Origin: Octopus vulgaris
Taxonomy: Eukaryota
Assembly: GCA_951406725.2 (NCBI GenBank)
Contig: OX597817.1
Span: 168,392,001-168,456,000, forward strand
Reading direction: 5' to 3'
DNA: 64,000 nt
Shown one piece after another: positions 38,184 to 51,199 of the stretch. The notes under the pieces are model-generated. The model searched no databases. It saw only the letters and a list, made by a program, of their open reading frames with translations, and was not told the origin of the DNA. Within the stretch, counting starts at the first letter, position 1. Each line of letters opens with the position of its first letter. Made by a program: the position numbers and the translations under genes.

Positions 38184-40402
38184 TGTCAGTACTGGTCACT
38201 TGTATAAGTAGTTAGAATTGATTGCTGTTGTGTTAATAAATGATGTGTGGTGGTTGTTGTTGCTGTATCAGTTAGTAGCCATTGCTGGCCAGTGCTACTG
38301 TTGATTTAAAATAAATATTAAACAGCTAACTGCAAATATACAGGTTTTTTCAACTGATAACATTTTATGTTAAAAAAAAGATTAACCCTTTTGTGACCAG
38401 AGTTCTAATGAAATACACTGATTATGTGTTTCAATTAATTTTGAAAATAATCAATAATTTGGATTTAGTAAACTAATTAACTTCGTTATTATTAAGTTGA
38501 TGTTTGAAATATAACCATATGGTTTTCAGATAAAATTATAATGGAATATTATAATTTAAAATTGAATACTTTAAAACCAGTAGTTTTGTATCATAGAACC
38601 AGGGAAGGTCTCAGGTGGGTTGGTATGCTTTGAAAAAGCCACATATATCTCTGATCACTTTTTTAAATCACTAAAACATATCAAGTTACAGAGCTGTGTT
38701 TGAAGAGATGTGCAAAGCACATACACTTCACATGTTAACCTTTCTATTACAATATTTCCATTCAAATACATTGCCTTTGTTTCAATTAATTCCAAAACTA
38801 ATGAATTTAGTAGCATAACTTGTTATTAAGCTAGTGTTTGGAACAAAAGTTCATACAAAATTTTGATGGAGGGATTTAAAAAAAAAAAAGATAACTTTAA
38901 AACAAAAATTTTGCATCATGGAACCACAGCTGCTCTCTCAGAAAGGTTAATGAGGATCTAGTGAAATGCAATTTTAGATTTAGCAAAGCTGCTGACCTTG
39001 CAGTGGATAAGAATCAATGATGATAATGGAGTGGCCAGTGTTGAGTGCATGGCATCTCTTACACTGTGTACTATTTCTTATGAAAATGGAAGAGGTTTGT
39101 GCTCAATACTGATAGCAGTGGCTGCTGTGGTTGGTCAGTGCTGGCTGGATCTGCTGTGTTATTTAGGGATCAATACTGGTTGTAGTTCTTTTGTTAGTTA
39201 GTGGACTGTATTGACCACAGCTTCTGCTGTTGTATATCCAGGCTGGAGATGTCCTTCATCAAATTTGGCCTGGCTACATTCTTCCATGAAATGTTTTGCT
39301 CAAGAACACAATGGTCCAAGGATTGAAACCACAATCCTATGATCTTGAGTCTAACACCCTAACCACTTAGCCATGTGCCTCCACGTTACTTCAGTCCACT
39401 CAGCTGGTAAAAGTGAGTAATGCTGTGATGGACCAGCATCCAGTCCAGGGAGGAATATATATGCCAGAGAAACCAGAAAATTGGCCCTATGCTCCTTATG
39501 GAGTAATGTGGACTAATCTAAATTCTTTCGTGGAATTTACTGGTTCACTAGTAGTTTGGTGCAGTATAGTGGTACATGGATGTAGGGGGCGTTGTTGTAC
39601 AATTCCAGGTCAGTTTTAATCTAACAGTCACATGGTATGCAGTTAGTAATTGACTGAATGATAAGGTATAACTCACAAAAGTGGAGGTGGGGGAGACCCC
39701 CTTTGGTCACGATACTGACCATGGGCTTGCACCCAGAAAGTTACCCTCCGAAGCACAAGTCTGGGCGAGGTTGTTTATAAAAGACCAGCAGTTGCCTATG
39801 CATACCAGTCTCCCTTCTCCACGTCACCGATGTTGTCCAAAGAAAAGGCAAAGGCCGATACAGCTTGGTACCAGTGATGTCACAACTCATTTCTGCAGCT
39901 GAGTGAATTGGAGCAACGTGAAATAAAGTGTCTTGCTCAAGAACACAACACGCAGCCCAGTCCAGGAATCGAACTCGCAACCTCACGATCATAAGTTCGA
40001 CGCTCTAACCACTGAGCCATGTGCCTTCACAATTCACAAAAGTATCTTCCCAATTATACCATGTCTCTACCTACCTGAGGACTATACTGCATACTCTAGC
40101 ATTCAGGGAGGAATTGTTCGGAGTGCAGTGTGATAATGTGGACGTGTTGTACTCCCTTCATTGTCTCTGTAGATGCTGGTGGTGCCACAGCAGTTGTAGG
40201 CAAAGTGGACTTAGCCAGAACATGACACATGCTGTTCACTTGCACTTATTGTTAGTAGTGTGGGTGTGTATTCTAGCACAGAGTTTAGGATGAGTGAGTC
40301 TATTGATGTTGCATCTATTTTGTGTGTACATGCTTTCTTTATGTTTATCTGAACTGAGGGATACTATTGTACTGGTGTGGTGGTGGTATAGAAGTACATT
40401 AA

Positions 40403-40822
40403 AAAGGCAGTGAGCTGGCAGAATCGTTAGCATGCCGGGCGAAATGCTTAGCGGTATTTCGTCTGCCGTTACATTCTGATTTCAAATTCCGCCAAGGTCG
40501 ACTTTGCCTTTCATCCTTTCGGGGTCGATAAATTAAGTACCAGTTATGCACTTGGGTCGGTATAATCGACTTAATCCGTCTGTCTGTCCTTGTTTGTCCT
40601 CTCTGTGTTTAGCCCCTTGTAGGTAGTAAAGAAATAGGTATTTCATTTGCCGCTATGTTCTGAGTTCAAATTCCGCCGAGGTCGACTTTGCCTTTCATCC
40701 TTTCAGGGTCGATAAATTAAGTACCAGTTACGCACTGGGGGTTGATGTAATTGACTTAATCCATTTGTCTGTCTTTGTTTGTCCTGTCTGTGTTTAGCTC
40801 CTTGTGGGCAATAAAGAAATAG
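40403..40822 (+). mobile_element. SINE family A dimer
   Basis: Same internal junction. TSD ggtatagaagtaca. Confidence 0.85.
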
Positions 40823-41327
40823 GTATAGAAGTACACTAGCTATATGATCATACAGTGGAACAATGATATTGTGACGCAGTGGTAAGATGTGGTGAGATGG
40901 TATTCTAGTTGCATGTGTGTGGTGGAACAAAAATGCGACAAGGTAGTTGTGTACTGATACACTAGTCTGTTGTGGTGATGGAGTGGTGTGGTAATAAAAT
41001 GTGGGATGTACAGTATCGTGACAGACTATGAATATTTAGTAGTGTAGTATGGTGGTATATTGGTGTCATGATTATTGTTGTTTCACTCTAAATCAACTCT
41101 GATCAAGCTGACTTTTGATAAAAGACATTCCATCCATGACCACTAACCAATAGTATTATTCATCCTCTTATATAGAGTAGAGGCATACAAGATATGCTTA
41201 CATGGTTCTGGGTTCAGTCCCACTGCGTAGCACTTTGGGCAAGTGTCTTCTACTATAGCCTGGGGCCGACCAAAGCCTTGTGAGTGAATTTGTGGATTTG
41301 GTAGACGGAAACTGAAAGAAGCCCGTC

Positions 41328-41385
<58 letters not shown>

Positions 41386-42597
41386 ATGTTTGTGTGTCTG
41401 TGTTTGTACCCCCAACATCGCTTGACAACTGATGCTGGTGTGTTTATGTCCCCGTCACTTAGCGGTTCGGCAAGTGAGACTGATAGAATAAGTACTAGGC
41501 TTACAAAGAATAAGTCCTGGAGTCGATTTGATCGACTAAAGGTGGTGCTCCAGCATGGCCACAATCAAATGACTGAAACAAATAAAAGAATAAAAGAACA
41601 TTCATAACAAGGTGCTTGATTTAGATCATGAGTATCTACCATCTTAGGAGTGTCTATATATATACATATATATACATAGGCAGTTCATCAATGATGAAAT
41701 GTCGGTAATCACATCAGAAGGGAGTCTGCTGGTTTCTGTCCTCAGTTGCTGTGCTCCAGATGTGGGCAGGACAGTCTTAGGAACACCATAGGGGCCCATG
41801 GGGAACTCAATGTACTCGGTCCTGTCATATTTATTTATTGCCAGCATGCCACAACAAACATAGTCTTAATCTAGCATTGGGTCCCCTAGACCCACGTAAA
41901 AAGCACCAACTGATCGTGGCCGTTGCCAGCCTCCCCTGGCACCTGTGCCGGTGGCACGTAAAAAGCACCCACTACACTCATGGAGTGGTTGGCGTTAGGA
42001 AGGACATCCAGCCATAGAAACACTGCCTGATCAGACTGGAGCCCGGTGCAGCCTCCTGGCTCCCCAGATCCCGGTCGAACCGTCCAACCCGTGCTGGCGC
42101 GGGAAACGGACGTTAAACGATGATGATGATGATAATGATGATGCATATACATATATATGTGCATATATAAATATATTTATATACATACATATATACATAT
42201 ATATAGATATATAAATATGCATATATATATATATACATATATAAATATACTTATATACATATGCATATATGTGGCACGTAAAATGTGCAGGTGGCACGTA
42301 AAAAGCACCAACCGATCGTGGCCATTGCCAGCCTCCCCTGGCACCTGTGCCGGTGGCACGTAAAAAGCACCCACTACACTCATGGAGTGGTTGGCGTTAG
42401 GAAGGGCATCCAGCCATAGAAACATTGCCTGATCAGACTGGAGCCTGGAGCAGCCTCCTGGCTTCCCAGACCCCGGTTGAACAGTCCAACGCATGCTAGC
42501 ATGGAGAACGGACATTAAACGATGATGATGATGATGATGGGAGTGTTCTCAATCTCGTCTTTCTATTTCATGTTTATGATCTGACTTGGGTATTTCA

Positions 42598-43067
42598 TCT
42601 CTCTCTATATAAACGGCAGTTTGTCTGTCTGTGTGTCTGTCAGGTTGTACATCCATACCTCTGATCTGTATTACAGGGTGGATAATATTGTTGCTCAGTA
42701 AACTTGACACACACATAGCCCAATGTCATAATTCAAAACTAACGCAGCGAAAATTTTGAAAAGTTCCCCCAGTTCTGAAAAAATCGATAAATTCGACATG
42801 GGGTCGAGAATCTAAGCTTTTTATATGCAACACATTTTCTGGACTGTACGTGGGCTGTTCACGCATTGGGAGGCGCAATGATGTTTTCATGTTTTCACCC
42901 AAAGGGACAGCTAGGAATATCGTATACACAGAAGTATTCGAGTGAAGAGAAGACATTGCAACCTACACATGCGCCTTCATTCCCTAGAGGGAAAGGACTA
43001 GATTGGGATTAGTCGTTGCCTACTAGGGGCTCTTACATACCCGGGCAATGCCGGGCTATGCTGCTAG
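42598..43067 (+). mobile_element. Non-autonomous Helitron, second family
   Basis: A|TCTCTCTCTATATAAA start and CCCGGGCAATGCCGGG hairpin plus CTAG|T end. Confidence 0.7.
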
Positions 43068-45257
43068 TTAGGAATACATGCAATTCTTTGTATGTTTTTG
43101 CGGTGTATCATCCATACCTCTGATCTGTATTACAGGGTGGATAATATTGTTGCTCAGTATACTACTCAGTGAATGCACATTGTTTAGTGGTTAGGGTATT
43201 TGGTGGCAAGCTGGCAGAAACGGTAGCACGCCGGGCGAAATGCGTAGCCGTATTTCGTCTGCCGTTACGTTCTGAGTTCAAATTCCGCTGAGGTCGACTT
43301 TGCCTTTCATCCTTTCGGGGTCGATAAATTAAGTACCAGTTATGCACTGGGGTCGATGTAATCGACTTAGTACCTTTGTCTGTCCTTGTTTGTCCCCTCT
43401 ATGTTTAGCCCCTTGTGGGCAATAAAGAAATTAAAAAATGGTGAACTCACTTGGCTGAGAAATAACAATTTCCAGTCTACCAAATGTTCACTTTCAAGCT
43501 GAAATTTGAGCTTGCACCATCAAAAGTATACACCGAGCATTTAGTAATATGGGCACAATTACCAGCAAACTATTGTCATTTTCAACATTTGTGTGGTCTT
43601 AGTCTTAGCTTCAAGGTGTAAACTTCATATAGGTTAACATCTAATCTTGTCCTATATACTCTTTTACTCTTTTACTTGTTTCAGTCATTTGACTGCGGCC
43701 ATGCTGGAGCACCACCTTTAGTCGAGCAAATCAACCCCAGGACTTATTCTTTGTAAGCCCAGTACTTATTCTATCGGTCTCTTTTGCCGAACCGCTAAGT
43801 GACGGGGACGTAAACACACCAGCATCGGTTGTCAAGCAATGCTAGGGGGACAAACACAGACATACAAACACACACATACATATATATATATATACACATA
43901 TATACAACAGGCTTCTTTCAGTTTCCATCTACCAAATCCACTCACAAGGCATTGGTCGGCCCGGGGCTATAGCAGAAGACACTTGCCCAAGATGCCACGC
44001 ATCATGTGGTTGGTTAGCAAGCTACTTACCACACAGTCACTCCTGCGTCTACAATTTTAGTTGATTTATTGAATGACTTCCTGACCATTGTTTTTCAGGG
44101 ATATATTTAGAGCTCCATTACCCAGTCTGCCTTTTCCTTATTTAAGGTGGTAAAGTTTTAGTTGAGAGAAATTTGGCTGCTATTTCTAGCAGTTTGTATA
44201 ATCACATGGAGGCTCTCACATTGGCTCAAATGATGTTATAATATATTCAATATCGTGTCAAATTGTAGTGGTTTGGACACTAGTATCCTGTAGTGTTTAC
44301 CCTGCTCCATTCTAGTAGTACTTCTATTTCTTTTCCTTATCACCCTTGCACCACTCTTCTATTACTCTTGTTTCATCTGTTTCTCATCCTCCCCCATTTT
44401 AGTCCTATTCTTCTTTTGGGTTACCTTTTCTGTGTTAGCCATCTTCTGCCTCTATTTTAATCTTGTTACCCATTTGTGCATGGATACTTCTGTTTGTTTA
44501 AGGCGTTGAGCTGGCAGAATCGTTAGCACGCCGGGTGAAATGCGTGGCCGTATTTCGTCTGCCGTTACGTTCTGAGTTCAAATTCTGCCGAGGTCCACTT
44601 TGCCTTTCAATCTTTCGGGGTCGATAAATTAAATACCAGTTATGCACTGGGGTCGATCTAATCGACTTAATCCGTTTGTCTGTCCTTGTTTGTCCCTTCT
44701 GTGTTTAGCCCCTTGTGGGTAGTAAAGAAATATATACTTCTGTTTGTATTCAATATCACCCCTGTTTCTCTCCTTTGGCGTTATCCTTGTTTCTCACTTG
44801 TATTAATCCTGTTCCTTTCCTATACTACTGCTGTTTGTTAGGAGAAGAACATGGATAAGACTGTGTCACACCTGTTCTCATCAGCCAAACGTGGCTGATG
44901 ACAGTCAAAGCTGATCTGGAACCCAATCTAGGCCCCCGTGTCTACGGCGTTCGCCACTGGAATAGGGAGTGGTTGGAGATCACGCGGTCGTTAGCCTCAA
45001 ATTGCCAGGTCTGTTCGGCATTTGTAAGAGATGCAGCATTGAGGATAAAGGAAGCCAGCTCAACCCACCCGAGGTGAATGCTGTCTCAAGACAAGACAAG
45101 ACACACCTGTTCTGCTGATTAACTCCTTTACTTTTAATCCCTTTCCTTATTCTTCCGCTTATCCCTTCTGTTTTTTGTTTTTTTTTGCTGCTTCCTCTCT
45201 GATCTTTTGCTGTATTACTTCTAAATCTCTCTGTATTATCCCTGTTTCTGATTGCAT

Positions 45258-45480
45258 TACTCTCTTTGCTCTTTACTCTTTTACTTGTTTCAGTCATTTG
45301 ACTGCGGCCATGCTGGAGCACCGCCTTTAATCGAGCAACTCGAACCCGGGACTTATTGTTTTGTAAGCCCAGTACTTATTCTATCGGTCTCTTTTGCCGA
45401 ACCGCTAAGTGACGGGGACGTAAACACACCAGCATCGGTTGTCAAGCAATGCTAGGGGGACAAACACAGACACACACACA

Positions 45481-45524
<44 letters not shown>

Positions 45525-45695
45525 CATATATACGACGGGCTTCTTTCAGTTTCCGTCTACCAAATCCACTCACAAGGCTTTGGTCGGCCCGAGGCTATAG
45601 CAGAAGACACTTGCCCAAGGTGCCACGCAGTGGGACTGAACCCGGAACTATGTGGTTGGTAAACAAGCTACTTACCACACAGCCACTCCTGCGCA
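45258..45695 (-). mobile_element. SINE family B (about 430 bp; tRNA-like head, internal TA/TG microsatellite, (GAGTAAAA)n-like tail)
   Basis: Representative full copy. Others lie at about 11748-12153, 14420-15078, 18480-18875, 31894-32298, 33080-33510, 41200-41598, 43657-44048, 54436-54859, 55813-56386, 61500-61935, 62695-63077 and 63925-64000. Confidence 0.85.
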
Positions 45696-46309
45696 TTAAT
45701 CCTATTCTCCACACATGTTACTCTTCATTCTGTCAGTATCAATTGTTTCTCACCCAGGTTACTTCTGTTCTTGAATTCTTTCGATTCAAAATCAAAATTG
45801 AACCAAATTCGATGACACCTGGCCATTGCCAGTGCCACTCGACTGACTCCTGTGCAGGTGGCAAGTAAAGAAACACCATTTCGACCCTGTGCTTGAGGAG
45901 TCCTGTTGAGTCAAGTACATCAACATCAAAAATCAATGGAAATCGTAGTTGTGATCCCTGTGCTGGTGGCATGTAAAAAGCACCAACCGATCGTGGCTGT
46001 TGCCAGCCTCACCTGCCACGTAAAAAGCATCCACTACACTCACGGAGTGGTTGGCATTAGGAAGGGCATCCAGCTGTAGAAACACTGCCAGATCAGACTG
46101 GAGCCTGGTGCAGCCATCTGGCTTCCCAGGTCCCGGTCGAACTATCCAACCCATGCTAGCATGGAAAATGGACGTTAAACAATGATGAGGAGTAGGAGGA
46201 GGATTCCTGACATGTGTTTTCTCCACTCCTCTTATGTGTCACTTTTGTCCTTTTTCTGGTTTTCCATTGAGCCTTTTTGCATTCCACTCTGGCCCCTTAT
46301 ATGTATTAC

Positions 46310-49300
46310 CTCTGTTCCACTCCTGTGTTACCCTGTCTTTCTCAGTGTTGTATTTTTTCCACTTCTGTGTTACCTTTGCTCATTACCATGTTACCCTTGC
46401 CCCACTCATGTATTAAGCTCGCTCCTCTCCTATGTGAAATTGCTCCACTCTTGTGTTACCCTTGCTCCACTCTTGTGTTACCCTTGCTCCACTCCTGTGT
46501 TACCCTTGCTCCACTCTTGTGTTACCCTTGCTTACTCTTTATTCCACTCTTGTGTTACCCTTGTTCCACTCATGTGTTACCCTGCTTCACTCGTTTTATT
46601 CTTGAACCACTCCTGTGTTACCCTTGCTCCACTCCTGTGTTACCCTTGCTCCACTCCTGTGTTACCTTACTCCACTCTTGTGTTACCCTTGCTCCACTCC
46701 TGTGTTACCCTTGCTCCACTCCTGTGTTACCCTTTGCTCCACTCCTGTGTTACCCTTCTCCACTCCTGTGTTACCCTTGCTCCACTCCTGTGTTACCCTT
46801 GCTCCACTCCTGTGTTACCCTTGCTCCACTCCTGTGTTACCCTTGCTCCACTCCTTGTGTTACCCTTGCTCCACTCTTGTGTTACCCTTGCTCCACTCTT
46901 GTGTTACCCTTGCTCCACTCTTGTGTTACCCTTGCTCCACTCCTGTGTTACCCTTGTTCCACTCCTGTGTTACCCTTACTCCACTCCTGTGTTACCCTTG
47001 CTCCACTCCTGTGTTACCCTTGCTCCACTCCTGTGTTACCCTTTGCTCCACTCTTGTGTTACCCTTGCTCCACTCTTGTGTTACCCTTGCTCCACTCCTG
47101 TGTTACCCTTGCTCCACTCTTGTGTTACTCTTGCTCCACTCCTGTGTTACCCTTGCTCCACTCCTGTGTTACCCTTGCTCCACTCCTGTGTTACCATTTC
47201 TCCACTCCTGTGTTACCATTTCTCCACTCCTGTGTTACCCTTGCTCCACTCCTGTGTTACCCTTGCTCCACTCTTGTGTTACCCTTGCTCCACTCTTGTG
47301 TTACCCTTGCTCCACTCCTGTGTTACCCTTGCTCCACTCTTGTGTTACCCTTGCTCCACTCTTGTGTTACCCTTGCTCCACTCCTGTGTTACCCTTGCTC
47401 CACTCCTTGTGTTACCCTTTCTCCACTCTTGTGTTACCCTTGCTCCACTCCTGTGTTACCCTTGCTCCACTCTTGTGTTACCCTTGCTCCACTCCTGTGT
47501 TACCCTTGCTCCACTCTTGTGTTACCCTTGCTCCACTCCTGTGTTACCCTTGCTCCACTCCTGTGTTACCCTTATCCACTCCTGTGTTACCCTTGCTCCA
47601 CTCCTGTGTTACCCTTGCTCCACTCTTGTGTTACCCTTGCTCCACTCCTGTGTTACCCTTGCTCCACTCTTGTGTTACCCTTACTCCACTCTTGTGTTAC
47701 CCTTTCTCCACTCCTGTGTTACCCTTGTTCCACTCTTGTGTTACCCTTGCTCCACTCTTGTGTTACCCTTGCTCCACTCCTGTGTTACCCTTGCTCCACT
47801 CCTGTGTTACCCTTTCTCCACTCCTGTGTTACCCTTGCTCCACTCCTGTGTTACCCTTGCTCCACTCCTGTGTTACCCTTACTCCACTCTTGTGTTACCC
47901 TTGCTCCACTCTTGTGTTACTCTTGCTCCACTCCTGTGTTACCCTTGCTCCACTCTTGTGTTACTCTTTCTCCACTCCTGTGTTACCCTTGCTCCACTCT
48001 TGTGTTACCCTTGCTCCACTCTTGTGTTACCCTTGCTCCACTCTTGTGTTACCCTTTCTCCACTCTTGTATTACCCTTGCTCCACTCCTGTGTTACCCGT
48101 ATCCACTCCTGTGTTACCCTTATCCACTCCTGTGTTACCCTTGCTCCACTCCTGTGTTACCCTTGCTCCACTCTTGTGTTACCCTTTCTCCACTCCTGTG
48201 TTATCCTTGCTCCACTCCTGTGTTACCCTTGCTCCACTCTTGTGTTACCCTTGCTCCACTCCTGTGTTACCCTTAATCCACTCCTGTGTTACCCTTGCTC
48301 CACTCTCGTGTTACCCTTGCTCCACTCCTGTGTTACCCTTGCTCCACTCCTGTGTTACCCTTGCTCCACTCCTGTGTTACCCTTGCTCCACTCCTGTGTT
48401 ACCCTTGCTCCACTCTTGTGTTACCCTTGCTCTACTCTTGTGTTACCCTTGCTCCACTCTTGTGTTACCCTTGCTCCACTCCTGTGTTACCCTTGCTCCA
48501 CTCTTGTGTTACCCTTGCTCCACTCCTGTGTTACCCTTACTCCACTCTTGTGTTACCCTTTCTCCACTCTTGTGTTACCCTTGCTCCACTCCTGTGTTAC
48601 CCTTAATCCACTCTTGTGTTACCCTTGCCCCAATCCTGTGTTACCCTTGTTCCACTCTTGTGTTACTCTTGCACCACTCCTGTGTTACCTTTTCTCCACT
48701 CCTGTGTTACCCTTGTTCCACTCTTGTGTTACCCTTGCTCCACTCTTGTGTTACCCTTGCTCCACTCCTGTGTTACCTTTTCTCCACTCCTGTGTTACCT
48801 TTGCTCCACTCCTGTGTTACCTTTGCTCCACTCTTGTGTTACCCTTGCTCCACTCTTGTGTTACCCTTGCTCCACTCTTGTGTTACCCTTGCTCCACTCT
48901 TGTGTTACCCTTGCTCCACTCCTGTGTTACCCTTGCTCCACTCCTGTGTTACCCTTGCTCCACTCTTGTGTTACCCTTTCTCCACTCTTGTGTTACCCTT
49001 GCTCCACTCTTGTGGTACCCTTGCTCCACTCCTGTGTTACCCTTGCTCCACTCTTGTGTTACCCTTGCTCCACTCTTGTATTACTCTTTCTCCACTCCTG
49101 TGTTACCCTTTCTCCACTCCTGTGTTACCCTTTCTCCACTCCTGTGTTACCCTTTCTCCACTCTTGTGTTACCCTTGCTCCACTCTTGTGTTACCCTTGC
49201 TCCACTCCTGTGTTACCCTTGCTCCACTCCTGTGTTACCCTTGCTCCACTCCTGTGTTACCCTTGCTCCACTCTTGTGTTACCCTTGCTCCACTCTTGTG

Positions 49301-50950
49301 TTACCCTTGCTCCACTCTTGTGTTACCCTTGCTCCACTCCTGTGTTACCCTTGCTCCACTCCTGTGTTACCCTTGCTCCACTCTTGTGTTACCCTTGCTC
49401 CACTCCTGTGTTACCCTTGCTCCACTCTTGTGTTACCCTTTCTCCACTCCTGTGTTACCCTTGCTCCACTCTTGTGTTACCCTTGCTCCACTCTTGTGTT
49501 ACCCTTTCTCCACTCTTGTGTTACCCTTGCTCCACTCCTGTGTTACCCTTATCCACTCCTGTGTTACCCTTGCTCCACTCCTGTGTTACCCTTATCCACT
49601 CCTGTGTTTCCCTTGCTCCACTCCTGTGTTACCCTTGCTCCACTCTTGTGTTACCCTTGCTCCACTCCTGTTTTTACCCTTGCTCCACTCTTGTGTTACC
49701 CTTGCTCCACTCTTGTGTTACCCTTGCTCCACTCTTGTGTTACCCTTGCTCCACTCCTGTGTTACCCTTGCTCCACTCCTGTGTTACCCTTATCCACTCT
49801 TGTGTTACCCTTGCTCCACTCTTGTGTTACCCTTTCTCCACTCCTGTGTTACCCTTGCTCCACTCCTGTGTTATCCTTGCTCCACTCCTGTGTTACCCTT
49901 GCTCCACTCTTGTGTTATCCTTGCTCCACTCTTGTGTTACCCTTTCTCCACTCTTGTGTTACCCTTTCTCCACTCTTGTGTTACCCTTTCTCCACTCTTG
50001 TGTTACCCTTTCTCCACTCTTGTGTTACCCTTGCTCCACTCCTGTGTTACCCTTGCTCCACTCCTGTGTTACCCTTGCTCCACTCTTGTGTTACCCTTGC
50101 TCCACTCCTGTGTTACCCTTGCTCCACTCTTGTTACCCTTGCTCCACTCTTGTGTTATCCTTGCTCCACTCCTGTGTTACCCTTTCTCCACTCCTGTGTT
50201 ACCCTTGCTCCACTCCTGTGTTACCCTTGCTCCACTCCTGTGTTACCCTTGCTCCACTCTTGTGTTACCCTTGCTCCAATCTTGTGTTACCCTTGCTTCA
50301 CTCTTGTGTTACCCTTGCTCCACTCTTGTGTTATCCTTGCTCCACTCCTGTGTTACCCTTGCTCCACTCCTGTGTTACCCTTCCTCCACTCTTTTTATCC
50401 TTGCTCTGTTCCTGTTATCCTTACTCTAATAATGTTACCATTGCTCCACTCTTGTTAGACTTGTTCCACTCTCATGTTACTCTTTATTCTGCACTTCTTA
50501 CCTTTTCTCCATTTCTGTGTTACTCTTTGCTCCACTCCTGTTATCCTTGATCCATTCATGTATTACCCTTGCTCCACTCATGTATTACCTTTTTCTGAAT
50601 CACATGTTACCCTTGTTCCACTCACAGGTTACCCTTGTTTCACTCAATGTGTTACCTCTGCTCCACTCATCCATTGCCCTTGCTCCACCTATGAGTTACC
50701 CTTGCTCCACTTGTGTTACCCTGCTCCACTCATGTTACTGTTGCACCACTCCTGCTACTCTTGCTCCCCCCCTCCAGTATTATTCTTTACTCCACACTTG
50801 TTACCCTTACACACCTGTGTTACTCTTTACTCCACTCTTGTTACCCTTACTCAATTCCCATGTTTCTCTTTGCTCCACCTTTGTGTTATCCTTTGTCCTC
50901 CTTTTATGTTACTCTTTGTTCCACTCCTGTTCTTAGCCTTTTCCTGTTTA
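46310..50950. repeat. 22-bp satellite TTGCTCCACTC(C/T)TGTGTTACCC, about 180 copies in the core (46440-50390), with degenerate flanks
   Basis: Read directly. The 22-aa periodic translation (LLHSCVTLAPLLCYPCSTPVLP) appears in all three plus frames. Confidence 0.97.
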
Positions 50951-51046
50951 CGCTTGAATCCCTTCTGTATTACCTCTTTATTTTCCTTTTATATTATCCT
51001 TATTTCACTTGCCCATTATCTGTAATCACCCCATTTCTACTTACAG

Positions 51047-51150
51047 CCTGCCTTAAACCCAGAAGGTCAAAGAACCTCTGACTATGTCTTTCTCAACAAA
51101 TGGAAAGCTAAGAACCATCACTATATCCGTGGAGAAGTGGTCTCACTAAT
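51047..51150 (+). CDS. IMMP2L: IMMP2L next coding exon (104 bp, phase 0 to phase 2)
   Basis: Acceptor ccatttctacttacAG at 51045-51046. Translates PALNPEGQRTSDYVFLNKWKAKNHHYIRGEVVSL plus AT, with donor GTAAGT at 51151. It aligns without gaps to the recalled human segment [35 protein letters not shown] and continues the frame of the 20813-20917 exon. The exon with the catalytic Lys was not found in the window. Confidence 0.93.
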
Positions 51151-51199
51151 GTAAGTTGATACTTTCTTAAGACTCCTCTTTCATACGAGTTCTATCATA

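Larger units (their letters stand above)
20918..51046 (+). other. IMMP2L: IMMP2L intron (about 30.1 kb, GT-AG, phase 0)
   Basis: Bounded by the donor and acceptor of the two exons. The joined peptide GASMQ|PALNP is the canonical IMP2 motif. Confidence 0.85.

Noticed and set aside
46182-50550. 1415-, 1393-, 553- and 644-aa ORFs
   Set aside because: They are translations of a stop-free 22-bp satellite, with the same periodic peptide in all three frames, and they lie in an IMMP2L intron.
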